A stretch of DNA of 64,000 nt from Trichosphaerium sp. ATCC 40318 (GCA_038496445.1 JALMLS010000564.1:1-64000); one strand, 5' to 3'. Counted from the stretch's first letter, positions 12,518 to 31,840 are shown. Notes: a model not told the origin generated them from the letters alone. Numbers and translations: made by a program.

Positions 12518-14343
12518 TTAAATCTCTACGGTTATTTGAGGTTTGGCTGTTGCTATCATATCTGTGGATAGCATATCCATGTTGTGGATATTATCACTTT
12601 TTGATGATGTGAAAGGTTTGTCTCGTGAAGGACGTATGAGAAGAAGTTGTAACTTAAAATAACAAAGTCAGAACAGATTCGTCTACAACGAGCTACATAA
12701 AGTTACGTACAAAATCAACTAGCGTTATGAACACAAAGTATATATACCATATTACTAAGTATGAGATGGGTTTTTTCGTGAGATTTGAACTCCCAAGAGC
12801 AAGAAAAACAATCAAACAGAAAAAGGTTACCAATAAAAGTAGTATTCGGTTGAGCACCTTAAAACAAGTTAGTTTTTATGAAGCTCCCGTTTTAGATTTT
12901 TTACCTTCTTTATCATCACGTGTGATCTACTATCTTTAATACCTTGTCGCAATTTATGTAGTATCAAACCAGCAACAATAATGAAATAAACAAAACAACC
13001 AAACACCGTCAATATCTATAATTAACAATCAATTACTGTCGGCTTTTTCATGTTGGTGATAAATTATAAGTGATGTACCAAAGGGATTGATGTTATAAGA
13101 ATAAGCGCTTGAGAAGGATAAAGCCACGTTCCGAATAAATGTGCTATGAGAAGCAGTAGAAATACAGCGATATATCCATAAAAAATGTACGCAAGCTTTG
13201 TAAGGTAGTAGTGTATTTTGACTTCTTTCTGAGTGATTGCTTGGTGCCTAAATCAAATGTCACTTATAAAAGCAAGTATACATGCTCTCAAAGATTACCA
13301 ATACAAAGCTAGAAGCATTGCACTTGAATACCTATTGTAGTCTGATGTTTAGAAAGAACAACTTGATTGTAATTTTTTTATAAATCTACGTACGAGAACG
13401 CATTGCTCACAGAAAACGACATACCAACTAGAGCATATGGATAGAGGTGTAGATAACCAACAGGATCAATACCTTTACTTGTTAGAAGCAGATCGTAAAT
13501 ATGATGTAAACTGTTACCATGGATTATAAGCCTTGAAACCAGAGCCAATATTTCAAGGTAAATAGTAACTGACGTTATTGTAACTACCAGCACTGTTTCA
13601 TTCAATACTGCGTATAGATAAAGCCTTGGGGAATCGATACAATTAGATTGGTATTGGTAGATTCTTATACATACTTGTAACAAGCAAACAACAACACTGC
13701 CAAGTTTAAAAGTATTATTGAAACTTGCCACGCTACAAGCCATCCACTATTAAAAGCTGAATCCCATAAATTCTCATCACCAGATGATAGCGAAGCTACA
13801 TAACTACCACGATCTTCGAAATCGTCGTAGTCAAATTCCTTGTTGTACACTTCAGCTACGGGTATCTACATAACTCGTTAGTGACGAAACAACATTACTA
13901 TTCGATTTTAAAGAAATTGCTTATTATCCGGTCACGTGCGCGTATATCTTTAGGGTCGTTGTGCAAAGCATATAGCCGCCCCGGTGAAATAACAACGAAT
14001 ATGACTCCGACAACTCCTTTGTTTTGAAGGCTTCTAAGCCTTGATTCCACTGGCAAGTTACGATTGTGGTATACAACGACGTTCCCTGTTTTGTATTACT
14101 GTTAGTGTACATGAACGCGATAAAGTGACGCTACACTAAAAACCACGTGCCTGAAACGTTTTTTGAATTGGCTGGTACTAGTGTTACGTTTGGAAAGTTC
14201 CAATCCTTCGAATTGCTCCCAATTCGTATTGGTATTAATTTTGTTTGCATCCACGCGTTGTTTACACGCGCACGGAGTATGCAAGATCCATTATACACGA
14301 AAAGCAGGAGAAGTGGTACAAGGACTTCTAATTTATAAGCCAT
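12518..14343 (-). CDS. Signal peptide + PA (protease-associated)-like ectodomain + multi-pass (about 7 TM) membrane protein
   Basis: Signal MAYKLEVLVPLLLLFV. Spliced region GNVVVYH...LQNKGVVGVIFV...DIR|IPVAEV is PA-domain-like. It is followed by ENLWDSAF and several hydrophobic segments, and ends ...KPQITVEI*. Confidence 0.65.
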
Positions 14344-14831
14344 TCTATAACGATAGATAGTGTTTTGTCAGGTTTTGGATGATGGAACGTTGAAACGTAT
14401 AAGCACGTGCTTCGGGCTTACCTTAAAAAAAAAAACAACTTAACAACAGAAAAAATCGTCTCCGGCCGAAGTTAAACAATCAATACCTGTTCGTCATCTT
14501 GATCTTGATGTAAACAAGCACATTGCTAAATACAAAAAACAGCGAATTCGTTAAAAGCAGTTACATAAAAAAACACGTGCTCGTAACGACAAATAAGCCC
14601 TATAAGCAAAAATGAGAACAAGGCACAATTGACTTGAAATCCTTCAGCCGTATTTAGAAGGTGTACTTGTCTGATTATTCCTCCATTTCTCTATCACCAA
14701 AATCACTATTCCGAAATATCTTTTTGATAAGCAGTATGTATACATTGTACTTGCTATTCGTTAGTACACTAAACTTCAATTTAGCACAAACCATATTATA
14801 TTACTACCAATACACCACTTCAGTACAGTAG

Positions 14832-17429
14832 ATGAAATTTACTTTGTTTTGCTTAATTTTAGCACTTTGCACACTGTCCTACGCGCAAGAAGGTTCGTAC
14901 ATTCCCAATTAAACTATCTAAAAGCGGGATAGTTACCACATCCAAAGAACACTCCTGTGGAGAATACATAGATTGTTACATCGAATCTGGCGCCTCAATA
15001 ATCATTCTGAGCAACTTTTCGCATTATTTCCATAAAACCAACGCTTCGGATGCTATCACGCTTACAAAAGACATAACTATTGAATCAGGTACTAACCAAA
15101 AGCGGTTTTTTTAATCTTTTTTCTTTTTTGATAAAAAGTGCCACAGTCTTAAGATTTTCACTGTAGAGTCTTCCTCGCCTGTAGAAGTGTATTGTGATGA
15201 TACCTTTACTATAACTGGTAGTGAGGTAACAGTGGAGTTGAAAAATATACATGTATTTGCTTGTGGACTGCGTATAGCTAAAACGAAGCATATTATCATA
15301 GAGCACGTGCTCAAGAAAAGATTTACAAAAAACCTAAACCAGAATTGTTCTTTAGAGCCACCATATTTAGTCATCGATTCAGTACTACAAGGACTGGGTT
15401 GAACCATGGCTCTCTATCAATTTTAGACAGGTGCAGTAAATTTCGCAGTTTGTGTACACGATCTTTGTTAAAAGACTTTTAGTGAGAGAACAGACATTGT
15501 GTCATCTATGTTTTATCTCAATATTCTAAATACACTTGATGTTTTTGGTGATACTTTCATATTTGGCGGTGGTCTTCACGTCTCAGGAGGAGGTCTTTTG
15601 AATGTGTACAGAAGCAATTTTACAGATAACCTGATGATCAACGCCGCACGCGCCACACCAAATGATTCAATAAAAGGTGCCCATAGTGACTTTGTATTAT
15701 TTTCGTGACTTTTTCCAGGAGGTGGATTGTACGCTGAAGGCTTAGATAATGTGCGAAACACTCACACAACACATTTTAACAATTAAATAGATAACAATAA
15801 ATGCTTGTCTGTTCGCCAACAATAGAATTATTGCTGCCTTTACCGAAGAAACAAGTGCGAAGTTAAAGTTGAATTAAAGTCACTTCTAACAGAACACAAG
15901 ACGAAGCTGTCGGCGGTGCTCTTTACCTAGCACCAGATGTAAAACACTCAATGATATCAAACAGTGTCTTCACTGGCAATATTTTAGAAGGAGCATCCTC
16001 AGCGAACTATTCTGCATTTGGTATGTAACTGGATATTTCCGCGTTTTCCACTGACAAACTCTTCTAGGATGTACCATCTATTCAGGATCTGACCTTATTC
16101 TTGAATCTTCCTATTTCAATTCGAACGAATGTAGATATCTTAGAAAGTAAGGCCACTCTAAAACTAAGATATCCAGTTAATATTCATGTAGCGATTCCCA
16201 CAATGGACTAGCAGTATGGGCTCAGGAGAGCAAAATAACCATCAGGTATTACTTTTTTGTTCACCCTGTTTCTCATTTTTTTCTAGTAACACAGTCATGA
16301 ATAAAGGTATGCAAACCTTGTGGTAATTGAGGACTATCAGTGTCTCATCAAAATTACTAGCATCCACAAAAGATATCGAATGCCATGCGGATTCCAGCGT
16401 CCACCTTGAAGCAAATGTCATGTATTGTGATACACAAGAAGAAGCAAACGCTTGTGGTTCCTTTACAGGTTCGATACTTTAGTTATTTTTAGCCTATTTA
16501 AGGTAAAATAGGTGTTGGTTCAATTTGTGGAAACTGTTCTATACCACAACAAGATGGGTGTTGTGGAGGTACACTAGCATTGTAATTGCAAAGTTAACAA
16601 GAACCAGAGTTTATCAGATTTACAGATAGTTTTATAAAACAGTTCCTTCCGTGCCCTTACCAAAGTAAGTGTTAGTATTTCTTCGTTTAATTCTGACTTT
16701 TTTTTCCAGTCATTTGCGAAAATAGGAGATGTTTAGCTTGCAACTCAACTCGTTGTGACTTTCCTTATGATGTCATTAATGACAGAGCTATTGTCATTGA
16801 TACACCAACATTTATTGATGGTGATTTCACTAATACTGGTGATGTAACTGTAATATACGATGAAGAAGGAGTCTTCAAAATAGCAGGTGATACACTAAAA
16901 ATATTTTCTTTGAAACGTTTTGGTTAACATAGTTATCAAAAGGTTGTTTGTCTATTGGTGATAACGCAACTTTTGAGATTGACGTCTCAGATATTGATAC
17001 GGAGAACACGAATCGCATCCAACTCATAGATTCGGAGTGCATTAATGGTGTTGTTAGTATAATTGGATTAGATGTTGACGATAAATGTTTTGATTCTGAA
17101 GAGGAAAAAGATGGCACAGGGTAAAACAACGTTTTCTTTGATTATACTTACCTATTCAGCTTATATCTCGTGCTCATACCTACTGGAAAATGTAATAGTC
17201 CTGTTGTGGCAATCTCTATTGGTGTTGTTGCAGGAGTAGTGGTGCTGGTACACCAAGTTTTAAATTATTTTAATCCAGGCATTATTAACTTGTTTTGTTT
17301 CAGCTACTAATCATCTTCTTCGTGCTGGCATTCAAAGTCAAATCAATAAGGAACAAGGTGTTACCATGGACTTTCAGGTCTGCGGAACTGTTTCCTAGTA
17401 AAACTCAAGAAGAGCCAAGTCTTGAATAA
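14832..17429 (+). CDS. Type I membrane/surface protein with polymorphic-membrane-protein-like beta-helix repeats and a Cys-rich region
   Basis: Signal peptide MKFTLFCLILALCTLSYAQE. Repeats FGGGLHV, GGGLY and GGALYL alternate with FTDN/FTGN. A Cys-rich segment precedes a TM (VVAISIGVVAGVVVL...) and a short tail ending EEPSLE*. Confidence 0.7.
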
Positions 17430-17641
17430 AATAAAGCCGTTGTTATTCTACTTTTTTTCGTACTATTTTCTTTCAAACAAGAAAGAACTCCACTGCTGGC
17501 AAGTCGCTACCCAGCGCTATTTGTACTTGAATCTCAAGCTACACGAATACCTGATTCAAACAAATACTTGGATTTTCACAGTCTCTACAACTCTACCTCT
17601 TCATTCCGTTTACAGCTTTTTAAATAGTATTTACAATGCAG

Positions 17642-18380
17642 TTAGTCTTCTGGTTGATCGACAGGATCAGGTACAACAACAACTTTGAACTTCTCCGAGC
17701 AGTTCGTCAACAAATAGTTCGCAGCAGTACCAACTACCCATCTAGGCAAACGTCATCAGTATTTTCGTTACTTGTTCCTAAAAAAAGCCCACGTACCTCC
17801 TTGCTGTACTGAACATGTTGAATAATAGATTATCATCACTGGCGCACTCTGTACAAGCGCTTTCGCCGACGTAAATGGTATGTACTTTTTTCTCTTCAGC
17901 AACTGCTTTTAATTCCGTGTAAGGATAATTCGAGTCCCGTTGGATTATCCGGTTTGATACCTTTAAAATGTCACAAAATAGGCTGTTACAAAACTTAAAC
18001 CAACGAACCTTGAGGGTGGTTAGGAGGTCAGCAAACTGTCCCAGATATAGGTTTCCAGTGTTTTTTTCATCATTTAAATAGTCCCAACTGGAATGCACAT
18101 GTACAAGGTAAACGAAGTCGAGTTGTTTGTTAATTTGGCTTAACGCAGCATCAACAGCGCGTCTAGTAGATTCGCTTCCGTCAATTACTGTAGAGAAGTA
18201 AGCAACGCCCTGAATTCCACAACGTACCTATCATTACACGCGTACGAGTTACGGTCGAAGCTGACGAGGTTGTATACTGTTTCGGTTGAGAATCAGCATT
18301 CTCCTGCTCAAAAAGGGACTCCTTAGGTTCTTACACGCGTCAGAACCCTTCGTAATGCTAAATAAAAATATCTTACCCAT
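17642..18380 (-). CDS. Universal stress protein (USP) family protein
   Basis: Contains RVMI|VIDGSESTRRAVDAAL, FVYLVHV, VHTIYVGE and VVGTAANYLLTNC...VVVVP*. The first coding exon is 4 nt (ATGG). Confidence 0.85.
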
Positions 18381-18761
18381 TGGTTAAAGAATTAAATGTG
18401 TCGCGTTGTAATTATGACACTTATGCTTGACTACGTTAGGAAGAAGACACTATGTCGCGATAATTGAATTTTGGCGACTTTTTCGTTGTCTACAAAAACT
18501 CATGTGATCGTCTTTTCCACCAAACGCTATCAAGTTTTCTTTGGAGGATATGTAGTGACTATTTTGCACGTTAATTATTATTAGAGCTCGTAAAGAGCCA
18601 TTTTACATTACATTTTTGACGCCTGACACTTTACAAAAATTTGATCTTCCTAGTACCCTGTAGTATAGGTAAGTGTGTAGTTTGTAATAAGAACCAGTTA
18701 CAAAAAAATAAAATAAAAACAATGTGGTGCGAGGCTGGCAACCAAAAACAATTACATACGC

Positions 18762-19173
18762 TTATTGAGGCATCATCATGGACCTTGGATCATCACCGCC
18801 CAGCGGCCACACCAAATGGTAAAATGTAAGACCTACAAAAAAGTTAGCAACGCAAACGTTGTGATTAAGTGTTACCAGGGGTATTGCTAACGCCAATGTA
18901 TAACAGACAAGGAATCCTACGTGCGTTAGGCGACAAAACGATAAAAAAATATTGTGAAGGTTATTTATTATCTTTTACGCGTTTTTAAATACGCAATAGT
19001 GTTGATACACCAGCTGGCGTATAAAACTAGTTCATTTCGTACCATAGTAATCCAACCCAAAACCTACAGTAACCCCACACTTGCGCGGCACGCCCAAGAA
19101 GTGAATTAACTAATTTTACCGTAGATGAAGCTGGTGCGGCTTGTGTGAAGTCTGTTCTTCGTGGGGCACTCAT
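18762..19173 (-). CDS. TOM7: Mitochondrial import receptor subunit Tom7-like, 78 aa, 4 exons
   Basis: Spliced product MSAPRRTDFTQAAPASSTVLGWITMVRNELVLYASWCINTIAIPCLLYIGVSNTPGLTFYHLVWPLGGDDPRSMMMPQ*. The segment IPxxLYIG...P...LxxPL matches the Tom7 pattern. All three introns are GT-AG. Confidence 0.7.
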
Positions 19174-19582
19174 GTGTGTAGTAGATAAGGCGTAGTAAAC
19201 TCAGGACTGTTTTGAGAAAAGACTTGTGAAAAATGCTGACCGCAATGTTTTTTTTTTCTTGGCATTTAACTACATTGTCTACGCTCAACCGCATAGGCAA
19301 CCTCGAGATGGTACAGTAAGGAAATAGTACGTACAGTGTCTGTAATTTGTTGACGCGTCTAAGAGTGATTTATTAGGCCTCAAACAACCATAAACAGATG
19401 GCGCTAGACAAATCCAATGCTCAATCTACCCCAGAGGTACAATGACAGCATTGCATTAACGGAAATGCTTAAATCAAACTTCTTTGCGTTTTAGCGCCAA
19501 CTTACAGTGTTTCTAAGACATAACGTGTAAAAAACCATAAAATCATTTACATTTTTTTTAGTACGCCGACAGTAACGACGCC

Positions 19583-22278
19583 ATGGCAGACTTCGATTGG
19601 GATGATCTAGGCGAAAACGATTCAATATTCAGCCCTGCAAAGCAATCCACACCAAAAAGCCAACAACAGGCCTCCAACAGCAACAGCACTAGCAGCGAGC
19701 ACTTTGCAGACTCAAATAAAATTACTCAACACATGCCGTCAGGTCTTAGACATGACACTTTTGAAGAGGAAGACGAATCTGGCGAAGCCTACCTAGTCAA
19801 CGAAGAAGGTAGTCAAAAACAAGAAAATACAGAGATGAGCTTTGACACTGATGAAGACCAAACTCGCTTTATTCCTGGCCCTGCTGGTCGTTTACCAGAA
19901 AAAAGCCCAACGCAGTGCGCTATTTTTTTGACATTTGCAATGAAGTTTTGACATATTTAAGTTCTGCGCTTTCTGGCATTGGTATTAGCTGGAATAGCCC
20001 CACAAAGCAACATGAACAACATATAATCGATAGCCGTACTCGCTCTGAATTTTGGCGTGGCCCTTGGCTTCAAATGTTAAAAGAGCAGGGACTACCACCA
20101 TTTTGTGACAAGCGTAAGTTTTTTTTCTTGATTTTTTTTTCTTTGAAACCTTTTTTGACAATTTGTAGCTGGTGCTGGATTTAGTGCAGGGATAAAGAGT
20201 CTTACCCAATATGTTAATAAAAAGGTGAATCATCAATTGTGTGTAATGATAAAGAGGATTGGCGAAATGCAGGAAACGACAGTAAAGGTACAGCCTATAA
20301 ACCGCTTTCGAAAGTTACATAGTAAATATGCCGAGATTAAATTACTCGTTTTTAGGATCCTACTGGCATTTTCGCAGCTAGTATTACTGATGACGCTCAG
20401 AGAAAATATGCCATGGCTAACGGATGTGTACTCGTCCTTACTAATGTACGCTGCTTGTTTTGAATTGGCCAAGCAAAAAACTTTCCGCGCTTAACTTTGT
20501 TGATAGTGTTCTGTGTTTAAAGCTCCACATAAGGATAGTACACCGTGCCTTATTATAACAGATAAGAATATAGCAAATTTCTATCAGAACGATATACCCA
20601 CACCTTCAGTATGTGCATCTAGCTCTATTACATACCTCTACTCACTCTTACAAAGGATATAATGCTGCCACAATTCTCAATGGAGGATCTTTATACAAAC
20701 TTGAAGAGAAGATCATCAAGTAACTTTAGGTCGCCTAGCAAAAAGTAAGTTGTTTTTTTTTACTTTATGTACCAATGTCAACAAAAACTCAATATATCGA
20801 ACTAGTAGCTTACTTAATGATCCTGTACGACGTCTATTTGGAGCAAACACACCTCATAGACAGTCACGTACACCACAAAAACGGTACGAAGGCAGTAATA
20901 GTAACACTTCATTTTGCTCAAAAAATACATTTAGTGCTGCCACACATCCACCAAACAGTTTCGAAGAGTTCATGAGTGAAACTAATATAAATGTACCATA
21001 TAAAAAACAACGTACTACGCCACCCTCACATCCAGGAAAAAAACGACGTGCACCTACAAGAAAGCGTAGTAGTCCAAAGAAAAGAACGACGCCTGGTAAA
21101 TCTCCTTCGTACGGCTCAATGCACCAATACACATCACCAAAGATGCCGAATGTGAGAGCGCCGCCACCAAATACAGCTGTACGAAGGCAGAGCCAACCTC
21201 AACAAGTCCGTGCACCTCCAAAAATTCCGCCAAAACGCCCAGTGGTTAGGTACAAACATAAGTTACTTTACACAGGCACTAATTTTCTTACAGAGCGTCA
21301 GTGCCAGCACCTTCGATTCCGTCATCAAGCTTGAACCTTTCTAACATGATGAAGCCCAAATCTAATACGCCTCGTCCGAGCCAGCATAATTATATACATG
21401 GCGCAGACTCGTTGCTTAAACATGGTGTCCAACGTTATACTGCAGCTTCAGAACATTCAAGGACACAAAGCCAGCTACCTGTACATATCACGCCCTCACC
21501 CAACAAACCTGTTGCTACAATTAGAGCACCTCCAGTCAAAGCGCCTCCTCGTATCTCTTACAACAATCGAAATACAACAACTCCAAAAACTGCAAATAAC
21601 TCTAATGTCCCACAACGTTCTTTGGGTTATGCTGGACAAAATAGAAGAGCTCCAACTCCACCTAATGCACCTGCCAAAGCGCCACCAAGAATGTCGTATA
21701 ACAATGGTACTCCTGCACAACGTATGGCTTATGGTCAGCCTTCGAATATAAATACGAACAGTGTAAACCAGATGCAACCAAAGAGGATGAACTATAGAAA
21801 TGCACAACCAGCAGCGCTACCTAAAACATTTAGTGCTTTGGTAAAAGCACCTCCAAGGATGAGTTATAGTCAAAGTGCTCCTTCTAATAGACCATCGCAA
21901 CCTAATACTCAACAGCCTCAACGCCCTGCAACGCTTCCTTATGCAGGACAAAACAGACAGCCAAGTGCACCAACAAGATTGCCATACGCAGGACAAAACA
22001 GGAACAAGGCTCCGCCTGTTAGCAATGTAAAAGCTCCTCCAAGGATGAACTATAGCACTCCAGCTATGGCACCGAAGAGAATGTCTTATGGGCAACCACA
22101 ACAAGGGTACCCAAAGCAGCAATATAACGGACAGCCAAAAGGAGGAGTTCAAGCACCGAAGCAGCAAATGGGTGCTTTTTCAAATGGAGGGAGTTTGGGC
22201 GGTTCTATCAGCAATTTTACACGAAGAGCACCAAGAAAAGGTGTTTATCAGTCTGGTATGAATAATTTTAACTCATGA
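19583..22278 (+). CDS. HROB: Homologous recombination OB-fold protein (HROB/C17orf53/MCM8IP-like) with repetitive P/Q-rich C-terminus
   Basis: Contains IPGPAG and FWRGPWLQML, then an OB-fold LCVMIKRI...K|DPTGIFAASI...GCVLVLTN|CSVFK...LIITDKNIANFY. Confidence 0.75.
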
Positions 22279-22549
22279 GAGACGTTGTTCTCCCCTCTTG
22301 TAAATCGAAAATGTAGATAAGAAAGTGTAACAAAAAAATCAAAACAAAAAAAAATTTAATGGCGATTAAGCCACAAAAAAGTGTTCATCTATTCTTGGCG
22401 CCTTAAAGCAGTCATAGTAGGCGAACGGCCTTGAGTACGCGCCGTTTGTCTGTTGTCAACGCTTGTATCATTCTCAGGCTATCGAATGTGCTAAACGGCT
22501 AACAAATAACAATATCACACGGAAGATACTTTAAACTGTGTTATACACA

Positions 22550-28434
<5,885 letters not shown>

Positions 28435-28554
28435 TGTAGTTATTCTTGTTTTTGGCTTTTTTTGACGGTTGGCTGTAAATAAAAACTGTATGAGTACTTT
28501 TGCGCTTTTTGTTGAATCAAATTGCTACATAGCAAGAAGAAGAAATCATAACGT

Positions 28555-29575
28555 TGTACGTACTTTACTTACTTTACTTTACTTTTATTCCGGTCAAGAT
28601 TCAGTTTGACGGTCTTACAAATTTGTTTTTACAACTGTTTTGTCCTCCCATCTTCATCCACTTGTCGCCAGGGCCCCTGATAGGGGTCTCACATAAAGTT
28701 AGCCCATGATATTCATCATCGACCAAGGTAGACCAGACTGTGTAGAATACCTGCCCAGCTCGGACCGCGCACTAGCTCCGTATGGAGGCGTAGCTAGTCA
28801 GTGTTAGTAATGTTGAGTTTTTTATATAGCTCATGAAACATGATGTTTCTTTTATCGTAGACGCGTTTGTGGCCGTTCAGTATTCGGAGTTGCAGCTGTT
28901 TGAGTTTGTCTTTGATGTATTTCGGGTCATATCCTGCATATTTACATGCTTCAACTGTGTTGGTTAAGATGTATGCTCCTGTGTACGCTTCTCTAGCGTA
29001 TTTAGTTTTTTTTGCTTTTTTGTTTTTTCGTTTCTTGGTGTTGCGGAGGTTTTTATTGACGTAGTTTTTGATTTCCTCTGTATTTTCTGTACGTACATCT
29101 TCAGTTGCTTTACAATGGTTGATTATGTGATCTGTATCTTCTTTGTGGTGCCCGCATAGTATGCAGCTGGGTTCCTTGTATTTTTTGTTGAAGTAGTCAG
29201 TGTTGTGTGGTCCAGTGGCTTTATTTAGTGTGTATCTGCCACTTAGGTTGTTGTTTCGCAGTTTAAATTGGAAGGTGGTGATGTTGTCCATTAGTGGCAT
29301 TTTGTCGTTGATGACTTGATTGGATATCTTATGCTCAACTTGTGTCAGGATTGGGAGTTTGGCATTCATGTCTTTTTCATGTATTTGGTTACTGATGTTT
29401 CTGATCCGTTTACGGATGTTTCCTTCAATGATTTCATTATCATTGTATAAGGTGTAGTTGAAGGCTACTCGTCTATTCGGCGTTGGAGGCTTCTTTAAGT
29501 ATGTTCCTTCCTTTGCTAGGGTGTCCGCTTCTTCGTTTCCGTGAAGAATCCATTCTATGTTTTTACTGTACGTAC
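28555..29575 (-). mobile_element. 5'-truncated non-LTR retrotransposon (RNase H C-terminus + C-terminal Zn finger), with (GTAAA)n tail and 9-bp TSD
   Basis: An intronless frame reads HGNEEADTLAKEG (RNase H end) through CILCGHHKEDTDHIINHC to the stop at 28794. About 200 nt of 3' UTR and a (TTTAC)n tract on + follow. TGTACGTAC occurs at 28555-28563 and 29567-29575. Confidence 0.9.
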
Positions 29576-29689
29576 ATAAACTTGACTTGCATCAAGTCAT
29601 AGCTGGAGCAACTAGGTAGCTTAAGTTCAGAAATAGGTTGACTTTTTCTATTTTTTATTTGCTCAAACTAAAAAACGAAAGTTTGTGTG

Positions 29690-31687
29690 ATGTCTTCAGC
29701 GATTTTTCGTGCTAGAAGCAGGGTATTGGCATGTGGCAGTGGAATTCGGCCTAGAACCAGTAAAAGAAGCCACAGCACCGAAAATAGTACCTTGCGTACT
29801 AGGAGACCCCGCCGGTGTTTGTTTAATGTGCCTGGAAGCGAAGAGAGGAAAATAAATAAAGGTATGCTTATAGTTAACTCTTTCGCGTGTTTGTAGTCCT
29901 ACTACCTCAAAATAGGCGTAACGACTTTTTTTATTTGTTTGAATAATTGAACGAACGTTACATCGCTTCAAAAACCTTCTTATCCTTTCTGCGACGTATT
30001 AAATCGATGATAGCGCTGACTTCCCTAAAAAATGTTGACAGTCTAGTTTTTGATCTCGAAGATGGCGTACGCAACCAACTGTAACGACATGTATTCTAAC
30101 ACTCTTTTAGGTTGCTATATCTAAAAAGGAGGTAAAGGATAGTTTAATCTGCGAAACGGCACTGACATGTATAGCACGCAAGAGAACTCGTAGTTAAAAC
30201 GTTAATGGGCCTTGAAAAGGATAACGCGCAAGAGCACGTTGTGCGCATTAATTCTTATGAATCACCTTTTTTTGAGTGCGTTCGTTATTCTTCACCAAGA
30301 ATCCCTTCTTATAGTTCTTTCAAAGAGATGACTTGAAAGCCCTTGCTCCTGCATTACCAAAAATTGATGCTATTCTCCTACCAAAGGCACGTCACATTAC
30401 ATTGTTTTCTGTTGCTGCAGCAAAAAGAAGTACTTGGTTGTCATAACGTTATGGTTTAGGCTGACTCTGCTAAACAAATCCAAGATTTGGCGACATATAT
30501 TTCAAATACGTTTAAAGGTATTTTGCTTTTTACCATAACAACATATCACGTGCGCTTGTCGACAAGATAAACCCCTCTAACTCTCAGGAAAAAGCGGACC
30601 TTACTTTATATAAATTTACTTTCCTTGTCTTTTATTTTATTTGCTAAGCCTTTGTTTTAGATGATATTGGTAATACAATAAAGATTCTACCAGCAATAGA
30701 AAGTGCTAAAGTAAGGTGACAGTTAAAAAATGACTTACCAAAAAGATGTGTCACTTAAGTATTGTGTTTAGGCTTTAGTAACTTTAAACGATATTCTGAG
30801 TGCATCTCCTCTCGTAGATGCTGTAATTGTACGATAGCACGAATACCCTTTTATGTGAGACGTTAATTAACCTTGTAGTTTGGGAGCGAAGACTATACTG
30901 CTGATGTAGGTGCAACAAGAACCAAGGCTTGTACGGAGTTATTATATGCAAGAACAGCTATTGTTACGCACGCTGCGGCCTTAGGGTACCTAATAGCTTT
31001 TATGTGAATTTGATAGAACCCTAACTTTGTTGAAGATTGCCTGCAATTGATTTAGTTTGTATTAACTACAAGGATCCTGATCAACTGAAGCACGAGTGTG
31101 CTGAAGGTTACAACTTAGGTATGTTTCATTTTTAAGTTATATGCTTTGGTTCGTTTGTCACTCACCTTTTTTCGGTTTTAGGGTTTGCTGGGAAACAAGC
31201 TATTCATCCTAACCAAATTGATATTATTAATGAGTCTTTCTGTCCGCCAGAGAAGGATATAGAGTTCGCAAAGAAGATTATTATTGCAAATGATAGAAAT
31301 CAGACTATTGGTACCAACATGCTTATTTTCCTGCTTTCTTAAATACCTCTTTTTGTTGTTGTTTAATTCTACATTAACACGTTTTAATAGGTAAAGGAGC
31401 ATGGGAAATCGATGGAAAAATGATTGACATGCCTATGGTACGTACTTGTGGCCTACATATGGAACCTTTTCTAGTACTATGAATACGAGTTCTGAGTGGT
31501 AGTCGTTGCCTAATTTTAAAATTCTGCATCTTTTTCTTTTCTTTGTTGTATTTTTTTTTGACACTTTTTGAATCGTCACGTGGATGCGGTAGTTTTGATT
31601 TTTTAACTTTTTCTAAAATAGGTTCGTTGGGCTTCTAATACGCTTGCTAAAGCGAAAATTTCCAAAGAAAGTGTACTTGCTCAATGA
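29690..31687 (+). CDS. CLYBL: Citrate lyase beta-like / citramalyl-CoA lyase, mitochondrial
   Basis: R/S-rich transit peptide. Motifs RRCLFNVPGS, VFDLEDG|VA, VRIN, ILLPK, AIESA, FGSEDY, GFAGKQAIHPNQI and DGKMIDMP. Confidence 0.9.
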
Positions 31688-31840
31688 AATTGGAAAGAAA
31701 CGTGAAAATTAGTGTTTTCGGTGGTATTGTTGTAGTAAAGAACTCCACCTCGTCACGTGTAAATAAATGAGAAAATCATGGAATAAATATCTTTTATGAT
31801 TATCATGTAGTACATTTTCGTAGGAAAATAACTTACTGCT

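Noticed and set aside
18785-18832. Frame ending AAGR-TGA suggested a SelK-like selenoprotein
   Set aside because: Splice phase puts the exon in the Tom7 frame, which ends in TAA, and I found no SECIS.
31821-31832. TAGGAAAATAAC resembles part of the U12 snRNA 5' region
   Set aside because: The upstream CCUUAAACU segment, the downstream stems and an Sm site are not evident. I also saw no U12-type introns in the genes examined.
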